From the NCBI GenBank assembly GCA_013265495.1, contig MU060042.1:5576258-5640257 (forward strand): a DNA stretch of 64,000 bases. Reading direction: 5' to 3'. Positions 36,860-48,690 of this stretch are shown here, one piece after another (position 1 is the stretch's first letter; every line of letters starts with the position of its first letter). The notes beneath the pieces are model-generated. The model worked only from the letters and a program-made list of their open reading frames with translations. It searched no databases and was not told the DNA's origin. The translations under genes were made by a program, and so were the position numbers. This DNA is from Vicugna vicugna. Taxonomy: Eukaryota.

Positions 36860-36955
36860 CACTCAGGCGTTTAATGAGCACCGACTGTGTACCATCACTG
36901 TGCTGGGTACTGGGGACGAGGAGATGGAAGATATAAGACAGCGCCCCCGCAGGCC
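36860..36955 (-). mobile_element. L2 3' fragment
   Basis: 'cgtttaatgagcaccgactgtgtaccatcactgtgctgggtactgggga' resembles atttattgagcacctactatgtgccaggcactgtgctaggcactgggga. Confidence 0.6.
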
Positions 36956-36959
36956 GAAA

Positions 36960-37038
36960 CAAACACACACACACATGCACACACAGGCGCACACACGTGC
37001 ACGCACATGCACACACATGCCCAGGCACACGCATGCGT
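36960..37038. repeat. Degenerate (CA)n microsatellite
   Basis: Directly visible. Confidence 0.85.
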
Positions 37039-39269
37039 GAGAATTTCAGTGGCTTGTGAATGCCACGAGGAGGGAGCGTGGATGCCGAGCCAGGGCCAGG
37101 CATCCACGCCAGGAGCCCAGGCCCCCCTACAAAGCGTTACCCTGCTTCTTTGAGTCAAATTTAAGTAAAGAAAATGCAGATTGCTTCAAAGAGGATTTGA
37201 GTTTTTCAGGCAGACCACTGCAGAGACCAGCCTTCCCATCTGATGGAAACGCTCTCTGGGAGCCCAGGGGTGGCCCTGCTGGGCCTCTCCGAAGGCTGGG
37301 GCTGCGGCCTGAGGCTCAGGCGCATGAGGTCGTGCCAGACACATGGAGCAGGGTGCCGGGATGGCACGGAGACCCTGGGTGACGGATGACAGTGCGCCCT
37401 TGGCCTCTGCAGAGGTGTGATACCAGAGCCGTGCTGGTGGGGGGCACATTTAATACCTAATGCTCTCTTGGGCCCACATCTGAAAGATTTCAAGAGCTAA
37501 TTAGGGAAAATAAAAACAGAATGGACAGTTAAGAAAAGCAAATGGGAGGCACAGACAAATTATTTATTCGCATAAGCTGTCTCTTTGAGAGTCTCCTCTT
37601 CACCAGGCCCAAACCCAACTATTAATTAAGTTCCTCCACTGGAAAGAAGAAAAGAATCACCTCTAACTTTTTTTGAAGAATCTCTTTATGACCTTTAGTC
37701 CTCGCTCCTGCTTTGGGCCACAGGGGTGTAAACGTGTAATTAACAGCTTCTTTATTACCTCCTCGGCAGCAGTTGCCGTGTATGGCCTTCAGGCGGTGAG
37801 AATGCAGCCCATCTCCCCTTCCTCCCGCTCCCCTCCCCACAGGCAGCTGGGCCCCCGGTGCTTCCTCCGCCCAGACTTCACCTTCCACGAACCCTCGGGT
37901 TAAGCAGGCAGTCCCGGCATGGCGACCTCTCCGTGAGGCGATCGTGTGGTAACTCCCTCCCTGCAGAGCCGTCTGGCAAGAAAAGAGGGGAAAGAAAACG
38001 GAAAAACATAAGGCCGGGCTGAGATTAGATTATCAATTACCACGAAACTGTCTGCAACTTCAAAGGGCCTGCGAGCTGGGGAAAGCGCAGTTTATCGCGA
38101 CCTGTGGCTCTCTCCACATCACCCAGATGTGGCATGGCCCGGGGCCAGGCGCTGGGTCCGGGGGGAGCTCGGCGGAAAAGCGGGAGGGCGGCATTTCCTC
38201 TGGAATGTGCTTCGCAGTTCCAGGCCAGATAACGACAAGGCGCGGGACGCTGGGTGGGTTGGCAGCCGGCACCTCTGACCCGCCTGCTCGCGCCCACTCG
38301 GGGTAGACGTCTCCTCAGGGACACTGCAGACGCTCTTGTCCCCTCCCGGAAACTCCAGCCTTCACACTGGCCAACGACGGCCAAGAGCTGGTCCAAGGAG
38401 GACCCCCCCCTCCACTGCGGTCTGCAAAGCTGCAGGACCTGGGGCCCGGCCACTCCCGGGGACCCAGGCCTGTGGACATACGGGAACACAGGCCTGGGGG
38501 CAGGACTCCGGTGACTGACATCACTTCCTGATTAGGATTCAGGGCACTTTTTTAGGGGTTTGCTTATTTTGGGATTTTTCCAGTGGGAGCACTGAGACTT
38601 TAGTTTGACCCACGGCCTCTCAGAGCTAACCAGAACAATGGAAAATGAACGTGATGTTTATCAATACAGAGAAAAGTCCTCTGGCTAAAAAGATACCAAA
38701 TAAAAAGCAGTTAAATCCACATGCGGTCACAGGGCTGGTTAATGAGCAACCCCGGCTGGGTGAGAGACACTCCTTTGGCAGCCCCCGCCAGCCCACCCTG
38801 GCCACTGTGGACCGCGCCTCCACGCCTCCAAACCCACCTGCTCCTGGGCCAGCCCCCGTGCGCAGCGGAGCCCCCCAGGGCTGTGCGCGGCCGGTCTGCT
38901 CTGAGTGTCCTGGAAACCGGGCCCCACGAGCAGCCAGTCCTGCTCAGCGGCGTCCTTCTTCCCAGCTTCCTCCCAGCACAGAACAGCCAGCTTTCCCTTG
39001 TCCTCCCCTCATTTTGACTCTCGCTGCCTTGGGTTCCCAAATTACTGTCTGTAAGAGCACAGCCCCTCCTCAGACATTGGCCTGCGTGTTTTTATTTCAT
39101 CCCTTATTTCCAACTTTTAAACTCACTGTATGTATCAGTGCAGCTTGACTAAATGGCATACAGAGGCTTCCCTTCTCACTTCCTTTGTGAGCGTGGAGCA
39201 GGATCTCTTCTTATGATAAAAGTAACGTACAATTATTGGCAAAAACTGAGAAAGGATAAAGCAACATTC

Positions 39270-39480
39270 TTTTTAAGATCGCCCGTAATCCCAACAGCCA
39301 GAGGCAATAAATGTAAAATTTTGGAATGTTTCAATCTTCTTTCTGTATATTTTTACATTTTGACGTCATATGGTTCTTATTTTAATTCTGCTTTTTCCGT
39401 GAAATTTCTTAATGTTAAACAGTCTTCCACGACCTTGAAAATTTTGCAGATGACTTTGAGGCTAGACAATAGTCTGTCTT
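39270..39480 (-). mobile_element. Very old L1ME-like fragment
   Basis: 'aagatcgcccgtaatcccaacagccagaggcaataaatgtaaaattttgg...ttctgctttttcc' resembles the antisense L1ME 3' region. Confidence 0.4.
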
Positions 39481-39559
39481 ATAGAAAGTAGTGGTTAGAG
39501 CCTCTAAGCACTGCCTGCAACAGTTACAAGGAGGTGGCCGCTCCCCCGAACCTTTCTGT

Positions 39560-39700
39560 GACCCAGTAGTCCTTGCAAGGACCCGGCGGTCCCGATGTTA
39601 CAGATGAGAGACCTGTGGAGCGCAGACGTCTTGTCCCAGGTCTCACGGTGGGTGATGGTCAAGCTCCTCGCAGGAGTTTGCAGTTCCCAAGCTCGCCCGT
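39560..39700 (-). mobile_element. MIR
   Basis: 'cccgatgttacagatgagagacctgtggagcgcagacgtcttgtcccaggtctcacgg' matches the antisense MIR core. Confidence 0.5.
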
Positions 39701-40043
39701 AGCCTCCAGCATCACCCCAGGGTCTACCCGACGCTTTCGCTCTCATTGAACATGGAAACTGTCTCCAGTTCCTCACCACCCAGAGCTCGCTGTAATGTAT
39801 CCAACTTCTTCCCTCTGCCCACAGTGTATCCAGAGCTACAGAGACGCAGCCAAGCCCATGAGTTTTATTTCCTGTCTGATTCCCATTGTAACAGCTAATG
39901 GCAGTGCAGGGAGTGGGACCCAGGTGGGAGAGAGGGAGAAACAGAAGCGAATGACAAAAATGATCTATAAAACAAAGAATTCAAAAAAAAAGAGTCCTTG
40001 AATTAAGTGAGGCTGTGACCTGGGCATCAAGGAGAGACAGTCT

Positions 40044-40108
40044 GGGGACACTGTGCTGCACAGCAGAAACTGACACCTTGTAACTGACTGCACTTCAATA
40101 AAGAGAGA
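40044..40108 (+). mobile_element. Extreme 3' tip of an L1
   Basis: 'tgctgcacagcagaaactgacaccttgtaactgactgcacttcaataaag' has the same terminus as the L1 at 57334-57383. Confidence 0.7.
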
Positions 40109-43100
40109 GACCAGTCCCGCCTTCCGCAAGCTCTAAACTAACTGCTATGCTGTCACCGGACAACGGGCCCATGTGTGGACAGAATCACGTGTGACTTTGT
40201 CGTGGGAGAAAGGGACACAGCCCCGACCTCCGGCTGCCGTCGGCCCGGGGGCTTCAGGGTCTGCACCGTCTGGAGGGCAGTGTTGGCGAAGATCCCTTCA
40301 GGTGATGCCATCTCCCTTTGAAGCATCCACAGCTCAGGTTTTCAGAAGGGCCAGGCAGCCCAGAGGAAGACACAGCGCAGACGTTCGTCCAGGAGACCAA
40401 CCTTCACCCATGTGTCACGACGCCACCATCACCGGAAATTCCCTCCAGGTGGGCGTCCCACCATCAAAGCCTCAACGTAACGGCTAATTGACATCCCCGT
40501 TAGCATCCGGGGAAGAAGTATGCGAACAGACAGGTCTCCCTTCACACTTTAAAAGCAACGGCGCGGCGGTGCACAGACGGTGCCTGTGTCTCGGAACAGC
40601 CGTGCGAGCCTCCTTCCCTGGCCCAGCAGCCACCTGACACCTTCATGACCCAAACCACCAAAAATTCCTAAAAACTAAAGCACAGTTCTCTCTCTCTGGC
40701 AACGACTTTTTTTTTCTTTTTCTTATTCTTTTTTTTTTTTTTGCTACCTATTAATGAGTCAAATTGCTAGTCCAGACATGCTGGAGAAGGAACCGGGGCC
40801 AAGTCGAGAGTCGCCTGGCTTTTCTGTGAGCTCCTTTGAGATAAAACAAAGTGATGCGTAATCTTGAATTATGTCATGATGCATAATGCTGCAATTTCCT
40901 GGAAAATGGGGGCTAATCAGTTATTCATTTAGGAATTAACTAGAGCGTCAGTTGTCAGATTAAACTCCTTTAAAATTCCCAGCGCCCTGTTCCCGGCGCT
41001 AGCACTCTAAGTATACTGAGCCCTTTGTGTCCATTTAAGCAGGAAAGAGGAGAAGGCTTTCTCATGTGCCAAACGGAAAAAGAAAACAAAAGTATCCTTT
41101 GCTGCTGTTGCGAGGCCAGCGCTTGGTGATTTGCCTCCATGGCTCAGACACTCACAGCCGCAGGGACATGCTTGGCCACATGTGTGTCCGGCGGGCAGAA
41201 CCGCCAGCCGCCCCACACTTCCTAGCGGGGCAGGTGCCAGAGGCAGATCACGCCCTGTGTGGCCCCCCATTCCCCGGTGCCTGGCCCTGCATCCAGAGAC
41301 CCCTGCGTCCACCTCGACCAGCCCCTCTGTCTGCGCACCCCCTTCCTGTGAGCTACAACCGCGCTCTCGTGGCGAGCTCCGTTGCCTCAAATACAGCAAA
41401 TCTCAGCCCCGTATTGTCCTAAAATACACAATCTAGAAACCGTAAAAAGCCACATTACTTTGGCAAAGATGTTCCACAATTTTCTGCCACTCCGTATCAC
41501 CCAATGTCTTTGTCCGCTGGGGTATTTCACGCAACTTCACATGCATCTCGTCATTTGGGCACCGTGTTTTTATTTTTCTGTCTCTGTCTCATTTGGCCGT
41601 GTGTGTCGAGTGTCTTCTCCAGGCCTTGCAGGTGTCAAGTGCGGGAGAGAGGAATGCGGGGACTTGCAAGCTGGGAGCCACCCAAGTGGGACCAGGGGGC
41701 GAGGCCGGCCTAGGTTTCGATTTCATGACGTAGTGTGAGCTCAAGGATTGCGGATAAAAATTTCAACTTAAAAGAAGTGTTTAAAGCAACTGGAAACAGC
41801 TCAGAACTATCTGTACGTTTATTTCTCCCGCTGCACAGTTTTCAAACTTCGTAGGATCCAGCATGTGTTGTGTCGACGCTTTTACAGAAAGAATTTCTTC
41901 CGAGGTCTGTGAGCCTTTGGAGGGAAGCCCAGCGCACTTCTGCTGTTTGTGTAGATTGTGCCACAAAAGTTCCTTTTTCATTCAAATCTCTCTTGGATAA
42001 CTGAAGTTCTGAAGCCACCGGCAAAGAACTGGCCACAGATGTGACGTGTCACAAGGAGTCACCATTAGAAAGAGGAGTTTTCTCTAACACTTTTTAGTAT
42101 AAATAATAATTGACACTTGCTGAGAGCAACTGGATTAAAACAGTCTTTGCGAATGACACCCACAGGTAAAGACGTGGGAGTGAAACCTTTGTAAGTCGTT
42201 CTGGAAGGTTCTAGCCCACAGAACAAGATACGTGCAAAGCTGACCCATCTGAGTCCACGGCGAATGTTCGGTGTGTTTGCCACGGCACCAGCGATAACCA
42301 AACACCGGTAGCCCTCTGTCAATCAGTGTCACTGTCACCACAGGGCCAGCTCCGTGGGGAGGAGCCGTGGGCCTGACAAAGGGACAAACGTTCTGTCTGG
42401 GGATGTTATTCCCCTGCCTGAAGCTAATAACTAACATCGTCTTGATGTGCCAAGCGTTCGTGATAACGAAAGTTAAATAAGAAGCCACTGCGTTGGGAGC
42501 TGGAGTGTCATAGACAGAAACCAACGTTCCCAAAGTTAAAAGACATTAACTGCTTAGTGTCTGTTATCCGAGCACGTCTCATGTCTACAAAAATACCACC
42601 TTATATGTCACATGTAAGATACGGTGTGAAGCAATGAGGCTAAGGGGTTTAAACAAATGCGCTGATTTGAATATGCAAATAAGCCGTCATCCGGGAGGCT
42701 GGGTGGGTTTCCCATTTCCCTCATCCTGACCCAGGCACCTCCAGGAGGCCTCTGCGGAGCCGTCCTCAGAGCCGCCAGAAACCAGGCCCCTTGCTCATCA
42801 CTGCACATGATTTGGCCGAGTCGGTCAGGCAGCCCCAGGGCCCTGCTCATCACAGCTGGTCCCAGGGGCTCGGGGCTCAGTCGCCTCCCGCCCAAGAGGA
42901 GGCGGCTCCACAGCACAGACCTGACCGACCCTCTGAGCGCTGGGAGTTCCTTTTGACCAAACGCACAAACAGGCTCCGAAGTGACTCTTCTGAAGGAGGC
43001 TCTGTTGGGGCAGAGGTTCCATGTTTGCTAAGGAAAGCAGTTCTCTTCAGCCGTGCCCGCCACGCCTTCAGAAAGCCCCTGTACTAGAGAAAAATGCTAC

Positions 43101-43189
43101 CAATTCCGCGTCATGATTTTGGTCACTCCCACCACGAGGACAACATCGCACTGGGCTTGTGACTAATGATGCAAACAACAGCTGCGTCC

Positions 43190-43310
43190 CACAACCACCT
43201 CACTCGGCCCCACAGCGACCCTGTGAGGCGAGGTCCTGAGGGTCCCCGTTTCCCCAGGAGAAAACTGAGCACAGAGGTCCTGGGGATCCACGGTCCATGT
43301 GCACAGGAAG
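43190..43310 (-). mobile_element. MIR
   Basis: 'cacagcgaccctgtgaggcgaggt...ccccgtttccccaggagaaaactgagcacagagg'. Confidence 0.45.
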
Positions 43311-43719
43311 GGGAGCCGGCAGGGCAGACAGAAGAGACTGAGCCATGACAGCCGTGCTGGCCCCACGGACTCGCTCCCTCCTCCCAGCCGTGCCCTGGCA
43401 GGAGACCGTGGTGCTGGCACAGGGGCCGTGGGTGAGGGTGGGCTCTCTCGCATGTCTGCAGCACTGTGAGTGGCCACTTGTCCCCAAGGAACCAGACACT
43501 CGTGGGTGAAGGGACTGAATCCACTGTCTGCAGCCACGCTCAGCTCAGCCAAGTGGAGCCAGCCAGCTCAGTGGGCCCAGGGCTGCAGATTCAAGACTAG
43601 ATGCCCTGGAACGCCGTGCTTGTCTGCAAGGCAGCACCATGGCCATGGCAGCGGATGCCCAGGTCACAGCTGCCCCGGGGCGGGGCCGCCTGGCACTGTC
43701 CGGGCTGACAACAGACGTT

Positions 43720-43800
43720 ACAGCCTGAGAGCCTGGTTCCAACTTGATGTCCACTCACCAGCTGTGTGGCTTTTAGGCAGGGAATACCCCTGAGCCCCGA
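43720..43800 (+). mobile_element. MIR
   Basis: 'cctggttccaacttgatgtccactcaccagctgtgtggcttttaggcagggaatacccctgagcc'. Confidence 0.45.
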
Positions 43801-44228
43801 GCAGAACGAGGTTAGTCCAGATTGCCGGCCTCACAGTGGCGCTGGGTCAGGAGTGAAGCGTGTGCAGCGAGCCCCAGGGAGCCTGGCCCTCAGAGGGCAC
43901 TCAGAGGATGGCCCTCCCCAACAGCCTTCCCACAGCACTCCCCAGCCGGCGTCCAGCTCACGCTCTGCTGAGCCCTGGCTCCGTTACGGCCAGGAGAATG
44001 CCACTGTTATTCATTCGACAAACACCTGCAACACAAAGTTGTGTCAGACACAAGAGCAGCCCCGAATCAGCGCTCTCCTCGCGGAAATTCAGACGCTCAG
44101 CCTCCGGAGAGCCCGACTTGACTTCTCACGGTGGAACACTTCACTTCCGTTTTCATGCAACCCAGTCCAATCCCTGTATAACAAAGCCCATGCTGGAATG
44201 CTCCATATAACAAAACAATAACCTACTC

Positions 44229-44242
44229 CCAGCAGAGGGCGC
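44229..44242 (+). promoter_or_regulatory. Strong CTCF consensus motif
   Basis: CCAGCAGAGGGCGC matches the CTCF core CCASYAGRKGGCRS. Confidence 0.55.
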
Positions 44243-45570
44243 AGTGATTTCAGACAGCGTTTGGTGGAGCAAAATTTCACAGGTACCCAGGGACACTGAG
44301 CCCTGGGAGCTTGGGCGAGGAGGGCGGGGATTGCACAGGGGCTTGTTTTTTGAAAGATCTTAATCTATTAAGGCTTGGAAATCAAAAAAGCAGAGACACC
44401 GAAGGCAGAGGCACCGGCTCGGCTGACCACATCCATCACGGCTGGCACAGGCAGCCCATGAGGTGGCCGCCACTCCCGGGGCCGTGCATCCGGGCGGGAG
44501 CTCCGCGCTGCGTCCTCTCAGCTGAGCGGACCTGGGACCTCAGGGCGGCTCTGCCACTGTTAACCCTCCCCGGGCTCCAGAGACACGGCCAAGGACATGT
44601 TGGGTCGGCCCTAATTTGTTACGACCACGAACGCTTCCCACTTCCACCGGGTAGAAGGGAGAGCTCCAAACTCTCTCAGGAGACCTAGGCTCCAGACCTT
44701 CTTCCAGGAGCGACTCCAAGACCTCAGCTCGTCCGCCTGCCGTTAGAGTTCCCGAGTCTGCAAAATGAAAACCACTTGGTGAGGTGTGAAGCCCCAGGCG
44801 GACCCGGCCCCCCACGGTCACGGCAGCCGCGCCCCCGGCCGCGCAGACCCTGCTGGTGTCCAGCCGGCCCCCCGCCCCCGGACACTCCTATGGCCTGGCT
44901 CTCGGTCAGAGGTCAGTTCTCACCAACTGCAGCTGAAGACACACCTAGCGCCTTCCTCCCCCGGGTTTGCACACTTTACCGGAGGCTTTTGTTTTCACCT
45001 TTACGTCTAAAAAGCTTGAGGTGTCGAATAAATGAACACCTGAAGAAATCATTTCAGCGAGGAGCGGAGCATAACGTGACATCTCCCGTTCACAGGAGCG
45101 GGTTCAAGGAGCCGGTCTCCATCAGGACCAAATACTTCAGGGGACGGGAAGAAGGCCAGGGTAACGCGCTCTCCCCACAGTGAGTTTGCGCTTTATCGAA
45201 AAGCAGCGGGGGCCGGGGAGGAAGCCGAGATGACGCAGGCCGCGGGGGGCAGCGGGAGATAAACCCGCGAAAGGAGAAGCAGAGGCCTCAGGGAGCCCCG
45301 AGGGGTGAGTCACACCCGGGGGAGGCAGGAAGCTGGACAGCGGTCCCCGTCCAGCGTGAGGCCTGAGAGCGGGGAGGCTTCCCGAGTGGGGGTGGAGGGA
45401 GGGCCCGGGGGGTGCAGAGACCCCGGCCCGGGTGGTGAGGCCCCTCCCACCCGCCACTCAGACGGCAGCGTGAAAGCACGCCTCGGGCCTCGGGACTGCT
45501 GCCAGGAGTTCTCTGAGCCCAGCAAGTTGATGGAGGCAGAGGTGGGAAGCCTCCGAAATTAAAGATGGCT

Positions 45571-45660
45571 GGGGGAGGGGGTACAGCTCAGAGGTAGGGC
45601 ACATGCTCAGCACACACAAGGTCCTGGGATCAATCCCCAGTACCTCCACCAAAACAAAAA
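45571..45660 (+). mobile_element. tRNA-derived camelid-type (vic-1-like) SINE with target-site duplication
   Basis: ggggagggggtacagctcagaggtagggc (A-box-like) ... gggatcaatcccc (B-box-like), followed by an A-rich tail. TSD aaagatggct (45561-45570) / aaagatgaat (45661-45670), preceded by TT (TT|AAAG L1-endonuclease site). Confidence 0.85.
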
Positions 45661-48294
45661 AAAGATGAATGCAAAGTGCAACAGCAAGGTTTCACAAGAC
45701 AGCCTGCTCGTCAAAAGGCCCCTCTAACTACTGACTTAGAAACTGACGCGCTTCCCTGTGCCGGTTTTCCCAAAGAATTCCGAGGGAAGGCCCCGTTCTG
45801 GTCAGCTTTCTCAGGCACTTCACGCACAAGGGCAGAGGCTCACAGGGACTCACTTCCTGCAGCGAAACCCTCAGGTCTGTATTTCACGTGCACGCAACAC
45901 ACCCTCCTCCGCGGCGCACGGAGCGCGAGAAGTCCCTCCCTCCGCACCTGCGGACGTCAGTGACACCCATTTGCAGATTTCAGGGAATTGCGCCAACTCT
46001 CAGCAGCCCTTAACGGTGCTCGGTTCATCCCCAGCTCCCCGTTAGGGTGATTCCCGGAGGGACGCCACTGTTTGCAGCAGGAGTGGCGAAGTTTCATCCG
46101 GACAGGTGTCAGAAGACACGCGTCCATGCCAAGGCACAAAGGCAGGCGCGAGGACCCACGGCGAGGGCACGCGGTCATGAAGGAGCCCGTACGGCTAGGG
46201 GGGAAATGGTCGCAAGTATTTTCGCTGCAATTTGCATCGTGGTTTATATGATTCATCGGTTCTCATTCAAGTCACCAAAAATACAACCGAGAATGTTACA
46301 CTAATTGGAACATTAATAATGCATTTCTGGCTAAACGATGTCCTTGAGATTTCAGAGAAGTTTCAGAAATGCCTGGCGAAAGGGGTCCCTGTAACCAGAC
46401 AGGCGAGCCCCTCATCACATACTCATTTGAATGGATTTCTCCTTCTGAGGGTCCGTGGGCCCTCGGTAAATGGGAGGATAAAGCAAATGCATCCGTGTGA
46501 ACTGGTTTCATCAGCACCTCTTGCCCCTCCAAGTGCGGGAGTGACGCTCCATGATCCTCCCTCAGGAGCCATTTCAATCACTTCTGGTCCATGTGCCCAG
46601 CATCCCTGAGGGATTGCAGCACTATCAAAGCGAAACACTTGCATGACCCAGAGCAGTCCACCAATGAGAAGGACTCTTCAGAGTTTCCTTCTTCTCAGAG
46701 GCCATAATAGCTAGAAGTTTATCCCAAAAAATAGGGACACATCACGAGCATCGTCTCGTCTCTGAGAGCAGGCGGTCCTCAGCGCTCCGAGCCCCGTCCC
46801 GGCCGCTTCTGTGCTTGGCCTTCTGGTGTGTTATTTTCAGCCTCAAGCTTTCGTGAGTTCTCTGAGGACAGAGACCTCGTCTGAAGGTTCCCTGGAGGGC
46901 CTGACGTGACCAGAGCATGAAGGGTCCCGTCGGGACAGCTGCTTCAGTGGGTGGAAGCCGAGCCCAGTGTCCGGTTCCTACCTGAGAACGCAGGCTGGTG
47001 GGAACTTCCAGTTCTCGTCCCTCAAAGTCCAACCCCTTCTTCCTCCGCAGGGACGCCCTGATTTTCAGATGGGCCTAGACTTTGCAAACATTCCTCCTGA
47101 CGTACTATTTTGAGTCAAACCAGTTTGACTTGTACGTTTTTCTTTCAACGTTCAGGACTATGTCACCGACTCATGTAAGATGAAGGGAGGCCGTGTACCT
47201 GCCGGAAGCGGCTACAGGCCGCAGAGCATCTTTATGGAGCAAAACCCTGAAGATCCAGTGACAGACTACAGAAGCGTCTGGGGGCGTCACCGTGAAGCCA
47301 CGAGAGGACACAGAGAAAGCTGCTCACGGACATGGGTGGCGAGGGCCCAACACCAGGCCGCACGGTGTCCCCGAAGCAGATGCCCAGCAAATTGAACAGA
47401 AGGTGCCGTCAAAAGTACATGCCAGAAATTTCCCTTGAAATAAAGATGTAGATTTGGGGGATCAGTAGAGCTCAGTCCAGGAACACGAGACACGTGACAT
47501 TCACCACCGAGGAGAGAGCCGTCGCCTTTGCCGCCCCCATGGCCTCCTAAAGCCGGGGCTACGTTTCCCGGGTCGCCTTCCCTGACCCTTACTGAGTCCG
47601 AGGGGGTGAGTGTGCGGTGAGCAGAGCTGAGGGACGGGAGGAGGAGAGGCCGCCGTCTGAGAGGCCTGCACATAGGCTGGCCGCCGCAGATGTCCCGGTG
47701 ATGGCTCGCCTCCTGCTCACCGCAACCAGCCCTGCTGGTTTCTTCACCTCTCTGCAAACTCAGCTGCCTCACTGCCTGCGGCGCACAAGGGTCCAAATCC
47801 ACAGGCCAGCAGGTGGGTCCTAAGAGACACTTTGACTCAGGTCTGCCAGGCCCCATGCTGTCGCGATCTGCCGGCTCACCTGGTTCCCATGGTGACAGCA
47901 TCCCCAGCTCAGCTCAGACCTCCTCCTCTGCCCTGTGCCCACACCCGGGCGGGTGTGAGCCCACGGGCACCGGGTGTCAAAGCTGGAGGCTTGGAGGTGA
48001 TGAGAAGGCGCTCGGGTCTGGGTTCATCCTCATGCTTTCCAGACGATACATCCAGGTTCCCGTCTCCTTTGTGTCCCCATGTCCCATCCATCTGTCCTTC
48101 CTAACTGCCTGTCTGGCCAACCTCAGGCTCTGACGCCAGGTGCAGAAGGAACAGCCCTTCTTGGCACCGTGTCATCAGCTCCACAAGTGCTGCAATTAGT
48201 CTTATTAGCACAAAACAGGTCACCCAACCTCGAGATTCTGTAATATCTTCTTGATCCATGTCAATGCTTACCAAAAAATCCAGAACAAAGATCC

Positions 48295-48690
48295 AAAACG
48301 CGGAAACAACCCAAATGCCACCAGCTCCTGAGTGGGTGGCGGTTCACCTACACGATGGGGTGATTATTCTTCAGCAAAAAAGTAAAAAGGGACAAAGCGC
48401 TGATAAACACCGCCAAGCGGATGAACTCTGAGAACCTGGCGCTGCGTCGAGGGGTCAGCCGCAAGAAGCCCACATGGCCTGCGGTTCCACTTCTGTGAAC
48501 TGCCCAGGACCGGCCAGTCGACAGAGAGCTGGGGGCTGCCAGGGGCCAGGGGCCGGGGTGAGGAGCAGTGACAGGTAAGATGTGGGTCTCTTTGGGGTGA
48601 CGAGAGTGCACGTTCTCAGCCTGTGGTGACAGGAATCTGTGGATGTGCTAAAACCACGGAACCGCACACGCTCAGGGCCGACGGAGGATG
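48295..48690 (+). mobile_element. L1MB/L1ME-like 3' region fragment
   Basis: 'ggaaacaacccaaatgcc...tacacgatggggtgattattcttcagc...gatgaactctgagaac...ctctttggggtgacgagagtgcacgttctc...gtggatgtgctaaaaccacggaaccgcacac' follows the old L1 3' consensus. Confidence 0.75.

Noticed and set aside
43632-43652. REST/RE1-like cagcaccatgg
   Set aside because: Only the left half-site matches; the GGACAGCGCC right half is absent.
45571-45660. Possible tRNA gene
   Set aside because: The A/B boxes are degenerate, there is no complete cloverleaf, and it has an A-tail and TSD, so it is a SINE.
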